The position numbers and the translations under genes were made by a program. This document shows positions 26,122-36,778 of a stretch of 64,000 bases of DNA, one piece after another. Numbering within the stretch: the stretch's first letter is position 1; each line of letters opens with the position of its first letter. The notes beneath the pieces are model-generated. The model was not told the origin of the DNA and made no database searches. It was given only the letters and a program-made list of their open reading frames with translations. The DNA is from a virus (taxonomy: Duplodnaviria > Caudoviricetes): positions 2,073 to 66,072 of IMG/VR virus record IMGVR_UViG_3300042924_003217. One strand, written 5' to 3'.

Positions 26122-29100
26122 TTACGAATCGAAGTTGATGGTGATGCCCTTGTCGGCGTTCTTGAAGATTCTCGGCTTCTCCGAGGAGATTGACTTCAAG
26201 ACCTTGTCGAGGGCAGGGAGGCTCCAATACCTCTTGGTCTTGCCATCGACAATCAGCGTGTAAGGCGCAGCACCGGAACGTTCGCTGGGCGACGTTTTCA
26301 TCGACTCTAGGTTGAGGCTTTCCGCGCTCCAGTACTGTTTGCTGCCGGTTTCCTTCTTAGCATCGATCTTATCCTGTAGAAGCTTGTTAAGATCGCTGAT
26401 CTTCCTGACTCCAGAAACCTCGTCAGCGGTCAACAGGCCCTTTTTCACAACGCCGTCCGCGATCATGCCTACCACCTTGGGGGAAACAGGTCCCGGAGGA
26501 ACCACCTGAGAGATTCGATAGATCTCGTCCTCGTAAGACTTGGTTGTGGGCTTAGAGGGGGGCGTGCTTGTCTTGGCGGGTGCCGGTTTTTCCGCAGGCT
26601 GCTCAAGCGTGACCTTTTTGCCGCCCTTCGGAGCAGGTTCCGCGAATTTGCCAGCAAGCTCCTCCGCAATAGCTGCCTTCTTCTTCTGGGCGCGAAGGTC
26701 CTTAACCGAGGTCACTTCCTCGGACTCTGCCTTAGCTTTCTTGGGCGCGGACTGCTTGGGTTTCACAGCGCGACCCTCAATCGGGGGTTGGCCAACAACG
26801 GGAGGCTCAGCAGTGCGTGGAGCAGCAAACGCATCCGCAATGAAACGGGTCGTGCTGTTGATGTCCCACGTAGCCTGATCGCCAAGCATCAAGCCATACT
26901 CAACAGCCTTCTCGGCAATCGTTTCGCCAAGCTCATCCAAGGTTTTGCCACCTTTCTTGAAGCTCTTGAAGTTGATTCCGCTTTCACGCAGCAAGTTTAC
27001 CTCGCCAGCGTTCTTGTACTTCGGATCGTTTGTGATGCCGCTTTCGTTGACCAGTTTGCGAACATCGGAGTAGAACTCAGCCTCGACATTTGGCTGCTGC
27101 CACTTCGATAGGGCCTCTGCCGCTTTCTCGTTGCCCAGTTCCGCAGCAAGCTCAAGGCGCTCTTCCAGTAGCTTGACGCGAGTCTTCGGGCCAGACGTGC
27201 CCATAAGCTCCGCATCGATCTCGCGCATGCGCTGCGACATGCGCTTCGCGTCACGGGCTGTCTTGCCCGGAGGTACGGTTGCGGACGCTTCAAACGGAGC
27301 ATCAGGCTCCTTGGTTACTGGAGCAGGCGTTGCCTCAACGTTGGCCTGACGAAGAGCCTCTTCGGATGGCGGGAACTCCACGCCAGCTTTCTTGCGATAC
27401 GAAGCGAGCGGCACGCGGCCCTCTTCCTTGTAACGCTGACGACGTTCAGCGTCCTGCGCGCGTTTCTTGAGCGTTCCGCGAAGGGCTTCAGCACCAAGGG
27501 GCGACTGGCGGATCTGTTCCTCACGCGCCAAACGAGCATCCTCTTCCGCAAAAGCCGCTTCCACGTCTTCTCGACGTTGGACTCGCTCAGTAGGCTCCTG
27601 AAGCATCGGCCTACGGACCTCGGTTGTGCCAAGAACGGGTTGCGGCTCGGGCAACGGAGCAGCAGCAGCCAACGCACGTCGCTCAGGAGCAGCGCCAAGC
27701 GCCTTCTGTGGCTCTTCTACAGGAGTCCCACGGGTGCGCGATTCACGCCGGAATCGTGCGATGTCAGCGTCACTGACCCTTTCTGAAGCGGCTGGAGTAC
27801 GCTCGCCCTCTTCCATCGTACCAAAGGCTTCGCGAACGCCTTTGTAGGCTTCGCCAGCCTTTTTCCCGACAAATTCAAAAAACGCGGGATTCCATTCCTT
27901 GCTTCCAATGTCGCCAGAAGAAGCAGTAGTTGGTTCGGTCTTGGAGATTTCCGGTACGCGAAACTGAAACTCAGGAGGCGTACCGCTTCCCTTGCTGAAG
28001 CCCCACTCAGGATGAAAATCCAACTTTCCTGTGTTGAGGTCGTTAATCAGCGAATTGAGTTGCGCGTCCGTGATTACGGGGCGCGACATGCGAACGCCGT
28101 ACCCGCCCTCCCCGGCAATTGCGTTCAATTCGGCCTGAATGCTGGGAGAATCGATGATACGCTGCGCAAGCTCAGGTGGCACGTTCTGGTAAACGTAGCG
28201 ATCACGCGGTACGTAGTCCCCCTTGGTTGATTCGCTCATCACCACCTGCATGGTGCGCGTCTCAGGATCATACCCAAAGCGCATGACCGAATCGTCCGCA
28301 CCATAGCGCGGATTGGCTTGCATGTTCTGATACGAACCAAGCGTGTCCCGATGAAGCGTTTCTCGCGTCGGACCAGAGAATTTTTGCGCTTGTTCGCCAA
28401 CGCCAAGACCGGTTTCCATCGCCCAGCGGTTTTGATCAACACGAACCGCTCCTCCACCATCAAAGTCTCGGAACGCATCTGCGGGGCGCGGAGCGTTTCG
28501 TTCGGCAATAGCAGCTTTGCCTCCAAGGAACGCACCAGCACCACCGCCCATTATTACGCCGGGAGCAACGCCACGCGAAAGTGGCGTGCCAACGGGTTCC
28601 TGTGCGCCAACCGTGCCAGCGCCAAGCACGCCACCCACGGTTCCGCCAGTAAGAGCACCCTTCGCGGTGCCAGCGGTAACATCGACTACAGGCTCAATCG
28701 TTGTGCCAACTGCGCGACCAAGCCCAGACCCGATTTCTTCGCCTACGGCTTTACCCAAAGGCCCGCCCGCACGTCCAACAACCCTACCGGCAAAACCGCC
28801 TGCCTTTTCTGACATTGCCGCAAACCTGCCAGCTTTTGCGGCAGTTTCAGCAGCCTCAGCCGCAACACCAGCAGTCTTTGCGCCCTTGGCAATTCCGCCA
28901 ACCGGCAAAGCAAAGCCTGTTGCCGTGCGACTGATGTCAAACACGCCCTGCCCCTGTTCGCTTTCCGGTCTAAGGTACTTTTGAACGCCAGCCTCGTACC
29001 TTGCGGTGTCGCGCAATCTGCCAGCCGCACGTTCAGCAGCGGTTTCGTACTGACCAGCTTCCGCCAGAGCCTTTTCGCCAAGCCACGAAACGCCCTGTAG

Positions 29101-29496
29101 GGCCATGACGCCCAAATCGGAAATTGCCGCAGCAGCACCGGCTTGCTGTCCATACAGAGCTTGTAGCGGGTTTACGCCGCTTGCCGCTTTCTTGGCCGAC
29201 TCCCATTGCGCACCAAAGAATTGCTTACCGCCCTCAACCAAATTCTTGACCGTGTTCTCGTCAGGAATCAGATCGCCTTTGGCCCCGCCCTGAACCGTGT
29301 AGTAGGTCTTTACGGCATCACGATAAGCATTGTAGGCGTTATCGTCATCGGGATTGGCACGCAGTGCGTTGCCTAGTTCCCGCGTGCCATCGGTAACGTA
29401 CTTCGTGTAATCCTTGTAGTCGGCAACGTACTGCTCGTACTCTTGCCGCTCTTCAGGAGTAGCGTCTGCGGGCACGGTAGTACCTTTCGAGTCCAT
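26122..29496 (-). CDS. Large internal virion (DNA ejection) protein with an embedded KTSC-like domain
   Basis: 1124 aa, Ala/Gly-rich hydrophobic segments, last of three ejection-type genes. Confidence 0.65.
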   Translation of the reverse strand: MDSKGTTVPADATPEERQEYEQYVADYKDYTKYVTDGTRELGNALRANPDDDNAYNAYRDAVKTYYTVQGGAKGDLIPDENTVKNLVEGGKQFFGAQWESAKKAASGVNPLQALYGQQAGAAAAISDLGVMALQGVSWLGEKALAEAGQYETAAERAAGRLRDTARYEAGVQKYLRPESEQGQGVFDISRTATGFALPVGGIAKGAKTAGVAAEAAETAAKAGRFAAMSEKAGGFAGRVVGRAGGPLGKAVGEEIGSGLGRAVGTTIEPVVDVTAGTAKGALTGGTVGGVLGAGTVGAQEPVGTPLSRGVAPGVIMGGGAGAFLGGKAAIAERNAPRPADAFRDFDGGGAVRVDQNRWAMETGLGVGEQAQKFSGPTRETLHRDTLGSYQNMQANPRYGADDSVMRFGYDPETRTMQVVMSESTKGDYVPRDRYVYQNVPPELAQRIIDSPSIQAELNAIAGEGGYGVRMSRPVITDAQLNSLINDLNTGKLDFHPEWGFSKGSGTPPEFQFRVPEISKTEPTTASSGDIGSKEWNPAFFEFVGKKAGEAYKGVREAFGTMEEGERTPAASERVSDADIARFRRESRTRGTPVEEPQKALGAAPERRALAAAAPLPEPQPVLGTTEVRRPMLQEPTERVQRREDVEAAFAEEDARLAREEQIRQSPLGAEALRGTLKKRAQDAERRQRYKEEGRVPLASYRKKAGVEFPPSEEALRQANVEATPAPVTKEPDAPFEASATVPPGKTARDAKRMSQRMREIDAELMGTSGPKTRVKLLEERLELAAELGNEKAAEALSKWQQPNVEAEFYSDVRKLVNESGITNDPKYKNAGEVNLLRESGINFKSFKKGGKTLDELGETIAEKAVEYGLMLGDQATWDINSTTRFIADAFAAPRTAEPPVVGQPPIEGRAVKPKQSAPKKAKAESEEVTSVKDLRAQKKKAAIAEELAGKFAEPAPKGGKKVTLEQPAEKPAPAKTSTPPSKPTTKSYEDEIYRISQVVPPGPVSPKVVGMIADGVVKKGLLTADEVSGVRKISDLNKLLQDKIDAKKETGSKQYWSAESLNLESMKTSPSERSGAAPYTLIVDGKTKRYWSLPALDKVLKSISSEKPRIFKNADKGITINFDS

Positions 29497-31289
29497 TATT
29501 TATTGGCGTTAGGCTTATTTGCGCGTCGATCTTTTAGCCATTCGTCGAATAGCATTAACCCACCACTAGAACTCATCGGTAATGATTCAGTTCTGGTTGG
29601 TGCGCTTTCAGTCTTGCGAGACATCGGTGCGCCGGGGTTCTGTCGCGCGAATTTCTCGTAAGGAACGTTGCTGAAATTGCGCGTAATGACCTGACGGACT
29701 TGATTCGGTGGAAGCCCACGGCTCAAGCCCTCGTTTGCCGCAAGGGCGGCGTCCTGCCAACGGCTCAGTCCCTTCGCCAAGTAATCGATCTTGGACGTAA
29801 CCACGCTTGGGTCGTCCGAAGGCTCAGGCTTGGTCGCACGAATGAGGTCAACCACCGCGAAGTTGCGGAACTTGGTGTCTTCGGAGAGCTTGTTGACAAG
29901 TTCGTTAACCGAAGAAACGAAATCTTGCTTTGATGGATCGCCCATCAACTGAAGCAAGTCAGCGGGTACGTACTTCTGCCATGCTCCAGTACCGACGCCA
30001 TCGCGTTCAATTTTTTCAGCAGCAACCTTAAGTCGAGAGAGAGCGTCAATCTTGGTTTGCAGCGTTTGCGCCGCAAGCGTGGCCTCTTGCTGATATTCCG
30101 TGAAGTCCTTGGCCACGTCGCCCTTTAACTGAGCCTGTGGCGCTTTACTTGATTGCAGCCTGTCGAATTCCATTTCCGTCTTTGCCAGCGGCGAATCAAC
30201 GGTAACCTCGCGGTTTTGCAGCCACGGCAATACGACCGTTTCCGGCTTTGCGGGTGCGGCAGCGGGCGCACCAGCACTCGGAGTGGGCAAGAACGGTGAC
30301 GGTTGAATGCGCGTGTCAACTGGAGCCGCTGGAGCGGGTGCCGGTGCCGGAGCAGGAGCGGCAGCAGCAAGTGCGCTACCTGCCCTTCCCGGCATCAGCC
30401 TTGTATCAGGCGCAGCGATTGTTTCCCCGCCAAAGGTTGCCAACGGGCGCTGCGGAAAAGACTGAGGAGCAGCCTGAGGCGTCGGCTGCGCTCCCATCAT
30501 TCCTTGACCCATCGGGTACTGAACTACTTCGTCTCTAAGGTCGGGGCTGTATGGGACAACCGTCTTTGTCAGAACCGATCTCGATCCGTTGGGATGAGTC
30601 TGAAAGCGTGTGCGCTCGGCAAATTGATTTCCTGCCGCGTCTGTAAAGACGTTGGTTGTGGTCGTGTACTCGCCAGTAACGCCCCGCGACAGCATCTGAC
30701 CGGCAATCGTGCCGCCAAGTTGCGTGACGCCGCCACCGGTACCAACTACAATCGGAAGCTCAATACCGCCACCAAGTGGAACTTTTTCAATCGCAACGCC
30801 ACCGCCCTGCAACCGTTTCTGTTGAATTGCGCGATCAGCCTCAGCACCGTAGAAGCCACTCAGTGCTTTGCTTTGCCCGACCGGAACAGCCAATCCACGT
30901 TCAGCTAAAGCAGCAATTTCTCCTGTTTCGGCACCCGCAAGTTGACCACCAGCGGCTGCGCGTGCGGTTGGCGCAACATACGGACGCTGAGCCCCAGATG
31001 CGATTGCAAGATTCTCCTTGGCAAGCTGATCCGCGCGGTAACCGGCAACCAGCGCCTGTTCCTGCGGTGAGAGCAAGCGGCTCTGTTGGCGGGCCAACTG
31101 CTCCTGATAGTCCAAGGCTGCTTTCTGCGCGGCTACACGCTGGCCAAACAGTGCCGTGTCCTGCACGTTCTGCATGGCGTTGGAGTACGCCTTCTGCATC
31201 TGCCCAACATCGACCACACCGATATTGGTCGGGATGCTCAGGGGCTCGGGCAACTTACTAAGCTGAAAGCCTGATGTGGGGTTAGCCAT
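29496..31289 (-). CDS. Internal virion protein
   Basis: Ala/Gln-rich with PA linker; position in the podovirus ejection module. Confidence 0.65.
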   Translation of the reverse strand: MANPTSGFQLSKLPEPLSIPTNIGVVDVGQMQKAYSNAMQNVQDTALFGQRVAAQKAALDYQEQLARQQSRLLSPQEQALVAGYRADQLAKENLAIASGAQRPYVAPTARAAAGGQLAGAETGEIAALAERGLAVPVGQSKALSGFYGAEADRAIQQKRLQGGGVAIEKVPLGGGIELPIVVGTGGGVTQLGGTIAGQMLSRGVTGEYTTTTNVFTDAAGNQFAERTRFQTHPNGSRSVLTKTVVPYSPDLRDEVVQYPMGQGMMGAQPTPQAAPQSFPQRPLATFGGETIAAPDTRLMPGRAGSALAAAAPAPAPAPAPAAPVDTRIQPSPFLPTPSAGAPAAAPAKPETVVLPWLQNREVTVDSPLAKTEMEFDRLQSSKAPQAQLKGDVAKDFTEYQQEATLAAQTLQTKIDALSRLKVAAEKIERDGVGTGAWQKYVPADLLQLMGDPSKQDFVSSVNELVNKLSEDTKFRNFAVVDLIRATKPEPSDDPSVVTSKIDYLAKGLSRWQDAALAANEGLSRGLPPNQVRQVITRNFSNVPYEKFARQNPGAPMSRKTESAPTRTESLPMSSSGGLMLFDEWLKDRRANKPNANK

Positions 31290-31307
31290 GGTGTAAAAGT
31301 TTTTACC

Positions 31308-32117
31308 TTAGAAACGAGGACCAAAATTAAACCCGCCGCTTGTCGGGGTTGTAATGTTGGACGAACCGAATCCGCCACCTAGAATGCTGGTGTTGGTTGG
31401 CGAGATGCGCGGCGCACCAGCACCAAAAGGATTGATCATGGTGCCGCCCTTGCCAGCAGAGTCCGCAAAAGTCGGCAAGTTGGTGGAACCGCCACCGGCG
31501 AAATACATGCCCCCGAGGGATCCAAGCTGGCCAATCATGCTCGACATAGCATTACCCTGCGACTGGATTAGGTTGGCCTGAGCGCCAGCCTTGCTGAGGT
31601 CGAACTGGTTCTGGGCCTGATTCTGTGAGATTGTAGCGGAAGCCAGAGCACCCGGATCAAGCCCCGAGACGGGAAGCTGGTTGGCGGCAAGGAATGCGTT
31701 GGCGCGTTCCTGTGCGCGGGCGCGAAGGTCAAGCGACGTGAGGCCAAGTTGACCAGCAGTGAGCGGGCCAGCGCCAAAGCCGCCAGCACCAGCCTGAGCC
31801 ATGCTGGACCGCGTTACTTGATTGGCGACATCAAGGGGAAGTTTGCCACCGCGAGCAAGGTCCTGAGCAATCTGGCTCTGAAGCTCAAAACGCGCAGCAG
31901 AAACCTGCGGCATGTACTTCTGCTCAAGAGCAATCGACTTCGCGAGGTTCTGCTCGGCGTTCTCACGCGCATCGGTCTGGAGCTTCGCCAGATCGATGGG
32001 GTTATACTGAAGTTTGTCGATCTGGGCTTGAGCCTTCTTGGCGGCATTGCGCTGCACAAGCGAGCTAGCAACAGTCGCGCCGCCCATGACCAAGGCTGCT
32101 GTGGTTCCAATAGCCAT
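31308..32117 (-). CDS. DNA transfer/pilot-like internal virion protein
   Basis: Hydrophobic Gly/Ala N-terminus then AAKKAQ; Gln-rich; Gly-rich C-terminus (P22 gp7-like architecture). Confidence 0.7.
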   Translation of the reverse strand: MAIGTTAALVMGGATVASSLVQRNAAKKAQAQIDKLQYNPIDLAKLQTDARENAEQNLAKSIALEQKYMPQVSAARFELQSQIAQDLARGGKLPLDVANQVTRSSMAQAGAGGFGAGPLTAGQLGLTSLDLRARAQERANAFLAANQLPVSGLDPGALASATISQNQAQNQFDLSKAGAQANLIQSQGNAMSSMIGQLGSLGGMYFAGGGSTNLPTFADSAGKGGTMINPFGAGAPRISPTNTSILGGGFGSSNITTPTSGGFNFGPRF

Positions 32118-32118
32118 A

Positions 32119-32580
32119 TTACGAAATCTCCTTGAAGTAGTGGGTTTCCATGGGGCGGTATCCTTTTCTAACGTAAAGTTTGTTTAGTGTCTTATTATTA
32201 TCACCTAGCAGGTGAACGAGGCCAATTCTTTTGACGCCAATATGCTGCGCAACTTTCTCGTATGTGTTCAAAAGTTTGATGCCTTCGCCTTTTCTGTACT
32301 CAGGATCCACAAACCAAAACATCTCTTGCGAAACCAACTCTCCATCGTTGGGGTCGTTCGCAATCACAAATCCCATGACGCCAATCAACTTGGGTCCTCG
32401 CAGCGCACCAATGATCGCGCCCTTTGAGTTTGTGATGATGCTTGTCCAGTTGGCTTTGAATACCTCCGGTTTGAGTTTCCCGATCAAAAATCCCTCATCA
32501 AAGAACTTCTGCCCAACCCGGATGACTTCATCCAATTCCTGATACTGCATCAGCCGGATTGTCAGGGCGTCGTTTTCCAT
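32119..32580 (-). CDS. GNAT-fold acetyltransferase-like protein
   Basis: WFVDPEYRKG.G..LL, LY.RKGY; typical position before ejection proteins. Confidence 0.85.
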   Translation of the reverse strand: MENDALTIRLMQYQELDEVIRVGQKFFDEGFLIGKLKPEVFKANWTSIITNSKGAIIGALRGPKLIGVMGFVIANDPNDGELVSQEMFWFVDPEYRKGEGIKLLNTYEKVAQHIGVKRIGLVHLLGDNNKTLNKLYVRKGYRPMETHYFKEIS

Positions 32581-32582
32581 CG

Positions 32583-33290
32583 TTAGGACGGATAGCCGCA
32601 GAACACGAACCAACGGGGTCCGAATATCGCGCTACCGGTGAGCAGTGAGTTGAGTACTTGATCAGAAGTGGCCTGAACTTGCGAAACAACCGACTGGAGG
32701 TTGTTCGTGGAACCAAGCAGGGTCTCGGTGTTGTTGCGCAGCGTGGTGATTTGCGTCTGGTCGTAAGTGCTGCCGATGTTGATCGAACCAATCGCACCCA
32801 CGTTGGGCTGAATGGGGTTGTTGGTGATTGCGCTGAATGCCCCAGAGGACGGCAAGCCAACCAATGCTCCGAGGAAGGAGTAGTTCGGCAGTGACGAATT
32901 CACCCCAAAGAGCGTCTCAAGGTTGCTCTTCTGTAACTGGGTGATGTTGCTGAGGCTGTTGATGCTGCGACCGTTCAGCAGGATCCATCCGTTGGCGGGA
33001 TCATCCACTTGGCTCAGCGCCACCTTGAGGTCGCCAACCGAGTTCTCCGTGATCGGCAAGTATGCGCCTGCGGTCGAACTCCAGTCTTCGAAGCGGCGCG
33101 TGGTCGTGTTGTAGAAGATGCCCTGATTGCTCTGCGGGGGCGTGGACCCCTGAATGAAGAAGCTGACGTTCTGCGAGATCGTGCCGCTGACGTATTCCGC
33201 AACAATGCTCAGCAAGTCATTGATATTAACCGCCTGAATGCCAACAGGAACGGGGTTGGCGTTGAGGGTGATCGGAATCGAGGTCGGCAT
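32583..33290 (-). CDS. Tail-associated structural protein (tail-collar-like motif)
   Basis: VGDLK...P.NGWILLNG...LFG....LP motif. Confidence 0.55.
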   Translation of the reverse strand: MPTSIPITLNANPVPVGIQAVNINDLLSIVAEYVSGTISQNVSFFIQGSTPPQSNQGIFYNTTTRRFEDWSSTAGAYLPITENSVGDLKVALSQVDDPANGWILLNGRSINSLSNITQLQKSNLETLFGVNSSLPNYSFLGALVGLPSSGAFSAITNNPIQPNVGAIGSINIGSTYDQTQITTLRNNTETLLGSTNNLQSVVSQVQATSDQVLNSLLTGSAIFGPRWFVFCGYPS

Positions 33291-33325
33291 AACGTTACTT
33301 TATCACTGTCAGTTGGTTGAGGCAA

Positions 33326-35362
33326 TCAAGACGGGTACTGCGGCACATAGCCAGTTTCGATGTACTGATTTACAACAGGAACCAGTACTTCCATGCTGTC
33401 GCGTTTGACCAACGTGTACGCCTGACTGGTGCCGGGGTAGTACTTGGGGCAGGAAGACTCCGGGAGGACTCTTTGTCCTGTTTCCGGCGGCACCACAGCG
33501 CCTTCCGTGTTGTCCGGGTTGTAGTCTACTGCCAGACGATACGCTTTAAGCGCACCAATGCCCTCAAACTGAAGCAGTAAGCTGAACGCACGGTCGATGT
33601 CGTCTTGGTTAGGAGACTCAACCATAGCAGAAGTACATAACTCTTTAGCTCTGTTGTCTTTAGAGAGAATGTCGCGCGTCTGCTTTGAGAAGTTTTCATT
33701 GATGGTGGTGTTGGTTAACGGGTAGTAGTTTGGGTTGTTCAGCAGGACGGATCCCGGCGTGGCATAGACCGACGTGTCCAGCAACTGATGGTACTTGCCG
33801 CGCAGGCCCTTCCAGTAGCCTTTCATTTCCAACGTACCGTAAACCTGTGTCAACAGCAGGCGGAAGTACCGGAAAACCGCCTGCGAGAAGGGGCTATCCG
33901 TCATGGCATGCGCCCGCGTCTCGATTGTCCACTTGATCGATCCGTTGTTGTCCGCGCGATTGCCGTTAAACCCCTCCCAAATGCGAATTACGCCATCGTA
34001 ATCCATGGACATACAGAAGGTACGCACCCGCCCGCCAATGTTCGCTGTAGCCCATTCTATGGGCCGAATACCGGTCCATACGCCCTGCCATTGACTGTTC
34101 ACCAAGGACGCTGCCGTAGAGACTTTGATGTCAATGGGCATGACAATGCGGTCCATCACCTGCGTGTGACCGTTGTAGATGCGCCCGCCATGAGTCGCCT
34201 TGTACTGCGGGTCCTCAGGCTTGACCGCAACCGGAACCGACCACCAAACGTAGCTATCGAAGGAGCCCGCACAAATGGCCGACTTGTCGTATGCCATCTG
34301 CAATTTGGAGTACGCCATTTCACTGTCCGATGGCACCAAGGACTGCGTGGACGTGATGGTGCCAAGACTGTCAAAAGATACGATGCCGTTCTCTGTGTAC
34401 CAGTACAGCAGGCCCATGTGCGTGATCATGGACTTGTGGGACACGCAGGACACGCCAGCAAAGACCTTGCGAACGAAGTCTTCCGTAATCACCCAGTAGC
34501 CGCGATTCTGGACGCCAGAGTGAATGGTAAAGATGCCGTTCTTGGTTCCGACAAACAGCAGGTTCTGCTGCACGCCCGAGGTTCCGCGATCAATCAGGCC
34601 AGTGACTTCGTCCGGAAACGTGAACGACGGAATGTTGACCAGTACGGTCTCTTCCGTGAAGTGCAGCGGGTCTCCAAGGTCAGAGGCAAAGACTTGGTTG
34701 CCGTTGGCCACCCAAAGACGATTGGCTGACCACGCCATCCAACGGCCCATGCGGGTCTGGTTGTAGCCGTCAACGTAGATGGTGCTGCCGAAGTCATCGG
34801 TCGTCCATTTCTTGATGGGATTCAGGTGACCACCGGAGTCGCCATCCCAGAAGGCTGCGCGACTGACTCCGTCCTGCATCATCAGCAGGTTGGCTGGCGT
34901 CACCACCACGTATGCGCCGTTCTGAAGGCTAGCAGTCTGGACGACCTGCGTTGCGCAAATCTGCGTTACGTTCGCATCAAAGCTGATGGACGTGATAAGA
35001 CGCGGCTTGTCGATGGTGCGGTCTGCATTGATGCGGCAGTAAAACACCGCACCGGACACCGCGAAGACAAACTGAGGATCGCCACCAGTCGGCTGAAAAA
35101 CCGTGAAGAACTGGGGGTGCACAGTCGGCTGACCGTTAGCCAACCACCAGTTGTAGAACTCACCGCTGCTGCTGTTGAAAGCGAGCGCCACGATGCTATC
35201 AAATCCCGGTCGCGTCTGCCAGATGCCGCCCTTGTTGACGGCATTCTCTGCCCAGCGCACCTCGTCGTCACCGACAAACTGAGGGTCAACGTAGCTGTTG
35301 ACGCCCCCAGTAAGTCCAATGACATCTTTGAACGTTCTGGTCGGTGGGACTGTTAGCGCCAT
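33326..35362 (-). CDS. Tail nozzle/stabilisation protein (P22 gp10/T7 gp12-like)
   Basis: 678 aa beta-rich; GG.N, AENA....G....RPG N-terminal motif, NRLW, SDLGDP. Confidence 0.75.
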   Translation of the reverse strand: MALTVPPTRTFKDVIGLTGGVNSYVDPQFVGDDEVRWAENAVNKGGIWQTRPGFDSIVALAFNSSSGEFYNWWLANGQPTVHPQFFTVFQPTGGDPQFVFAVSGAVFYCRINADRTIDKPRLITSISFDANVTQICATQVVQTASLQNGAYVVVTPANLLMMQDGVSRAAFWDGDSGGHLNPIKKWTTDDFGSTIYVDGYNQTRMGRWMAWSANRLWVANGNQVFASDLGDPLHFTEETVLVNIPSFTFPDEVTGLIDRGTSGVQQNLLFVGTKNGIFTIHSGVQNRGYWVITEDFVRKVFAGVSCVSHKSMITHMGLLYWYTENGIVSFDSLGTITSTQSLVPSDSEMAYSKLQMAYDKSAICAGSFDSYVWWSVPVAVKPEDPQYKATHGGRIYNGHTQVMDRIVMPIDIKVSTAASLVNSQWQGVWTGIRPIEWATANIGGRVRTFCMSMDYDGVIRIWEGFNGNRADNNGSIKWTIETRAHAMTDSPFSQAVFRYFRLLLTQVYGTLEMKGYWKGLRGKYHQLLDTSVYATPGSVLLNNPNYYPLTNTTINENFSKQTRDILSKDNRAKELCTSAMVESPNQDDIDRAFSLLLQFEGIGALKAYRLAVDYNPDNTEGAVVPPETGQRVLPESSCPKYYPGTSQAYTLVKRDSMEVLVPVVNQYIETGYVPQYPS

Positions 35363-35365
35363 GGA

Positions 35366-36367
35366 TTACCGGTAGTCAGTGCAGCCGAGACCAAAGCTGG
35401 GCTCGACTTGCAGCTTGAAGGTGGCGGGACCGTCCTCAATGAGCGTGCGCTCAAGGAGAATGGCCACAGCCTTGTTTTCGTAAGCTTGTGCGATGTCGAT
35501 ATTGTTGGTCTCGAAAAGGCGGATGCTCTTAAGGAGCAGCAGCATTGCCTGCTTGGACGGGAAGGGCACGATGTCCGTGTCGTTCACCATCTTCAGTTCG
35601 CTGCGGCGATATTTCACGCGCACCCACTTGCAGGCAGCGTTGACGCGGATGCGGCGGTATTGCGGATCCGTTTCGGACGGCGCATACCAGCCAAGCGTGC
35701 GACCCTGAGCCTGCTGCTGGCCGGGGAATGCGATCAGCTTCACGTAGCCCTGCGTTACCGGCTTCACCACGCGAGTGATCCGCTTCAACTGAGTCGCGTT
35801 GGCGTCAGTTGCCGCGTAGCCGTTGAGGAGTGGGATCTGGATCGTGACGAAACGATCATTGTAGCCGGGGTCCATCGTGTCACCGTACACCGTGATGGAC
35901 TTGTCACCCAAGCCATCGGCAGGGTTCTCTACAAACGCCGCGAGGTACGACCAGTTGTTGAGGTCCTGAAATACAGGTGAGGTTCCCCGATCATCCCAGA
36001 TGTAGCCAGTATCCGGGCCAATTCCGCCACCCCAAGGCTGTCCCGGCATCCTCTCCGTGCCCGGACCATTGATGTGGTACTCAAACCACGAATTGCGGAA
36101 CTGCGCCGGAAAGCCACCAACGTTGGTCGCAAGGATGACGCCAACCTCGCTAGGAAGCGTAACCACGCCACAGGCATCCGAGCAGATGTCCATGGTCCCG
36201 ATGTACGGGTTCCATTGCGCCTTCCACGTCGCCAACTCGATTGCGCGTTGGATGTAGTCGATGATCGAGCTACGGTCCTCGATGCCAAGGATGTCCCGGC
36301 TCTTGGAGGCTTCGATAATCTCTCCAAGGGTCGGGTATCCCAAAATGGGTTGGCCATGGGTTAGCAT
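35366..36367 (-). CDS. Putative head-tail adaptor/tail tubular protein A
   Basis: Helical N- and C-termini; directly upstream of the nozzle gene. Confidence 0.55.
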   Translation of the reverse strand: MLTHGQPILGYPTLGEIIEASKSRDILGIEDRSSIIDYIQRAIELATWKAQWNPYIGTMDICSDACGVVTLPSEVGVILATNVGGFPAQFRNSWFEYHINGPGTERMPGQPWGGGIGPDTGYIWDDRGTSPVFQDLNNWSYLAAFVENPADGLGDKSITVYGDTMDPGYNDRFVTIQIPLLNGYAATDANATQLKRITRVVKPVTQGYVKLIAFPGQQQAQGRTLGWYAPSETDPQYRRIRVNAACKWVRVKYRRSELKMVNDTDIVPFPSKQAMLLLLKSIRLFETNNIDIAQAYENKAVAILLERTLIEDGPATFKLQVEPSFGLGCTDYR

Positions 36368-36370
36368 AGG

Positions 36371-36751
36371 TTATTCTTCGTCTTCGTCTTCCTCTGTGTC
36401 GTCACCGACAACCTTCTTCGACTTCTTGTACATCTTGTCGATCATGTCGTCCGTGTCCGTGTCTTCCTCTTCCTCTTCAAGACAGATAGTGCGGATCTCA
36501 ATTTCAACGGACGCAGTGGTTTCGCCCTTGTCGTTTTCATTGACCGACAGGTTGCGGCGCTTGAAATCGACAAGCATGCATCCCTCAGCCGGGATGTTTT
36601 GCAGCCCATCCACGTTAGCAATGTAGAGCGTAGGATAGACAGTGCGCTTCTTGCCCTTCTTGACGCCTTTCGGAGTGATTTCAATATCATCGGCTTTTTC
36701 GCCAAGTTCAATGTGGATGGGGAAAGCCCGTTCGCGTTGCTCTTCGGTCAT
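36371..36751 (-). CDS. Hypothetical protein with acidic tail
   Basis: ORF in late operon. Confidence 0.7.
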   Translation of the reverse strand: MTEEQRERAFPIHIELGEKADDIEITPKGVKKGKKRTVYPTLYIANVDGLQNIPAEGCMLVDFKRRNLSVNENDKGETTASVEIEIRTICLEEEEEDTDTDDMIDKMYKKSKKVVGDDTEEDEDEE

Positions 36752-36778
36752 GGTAGTGGTGGTTAAGTGATTGGCGCG

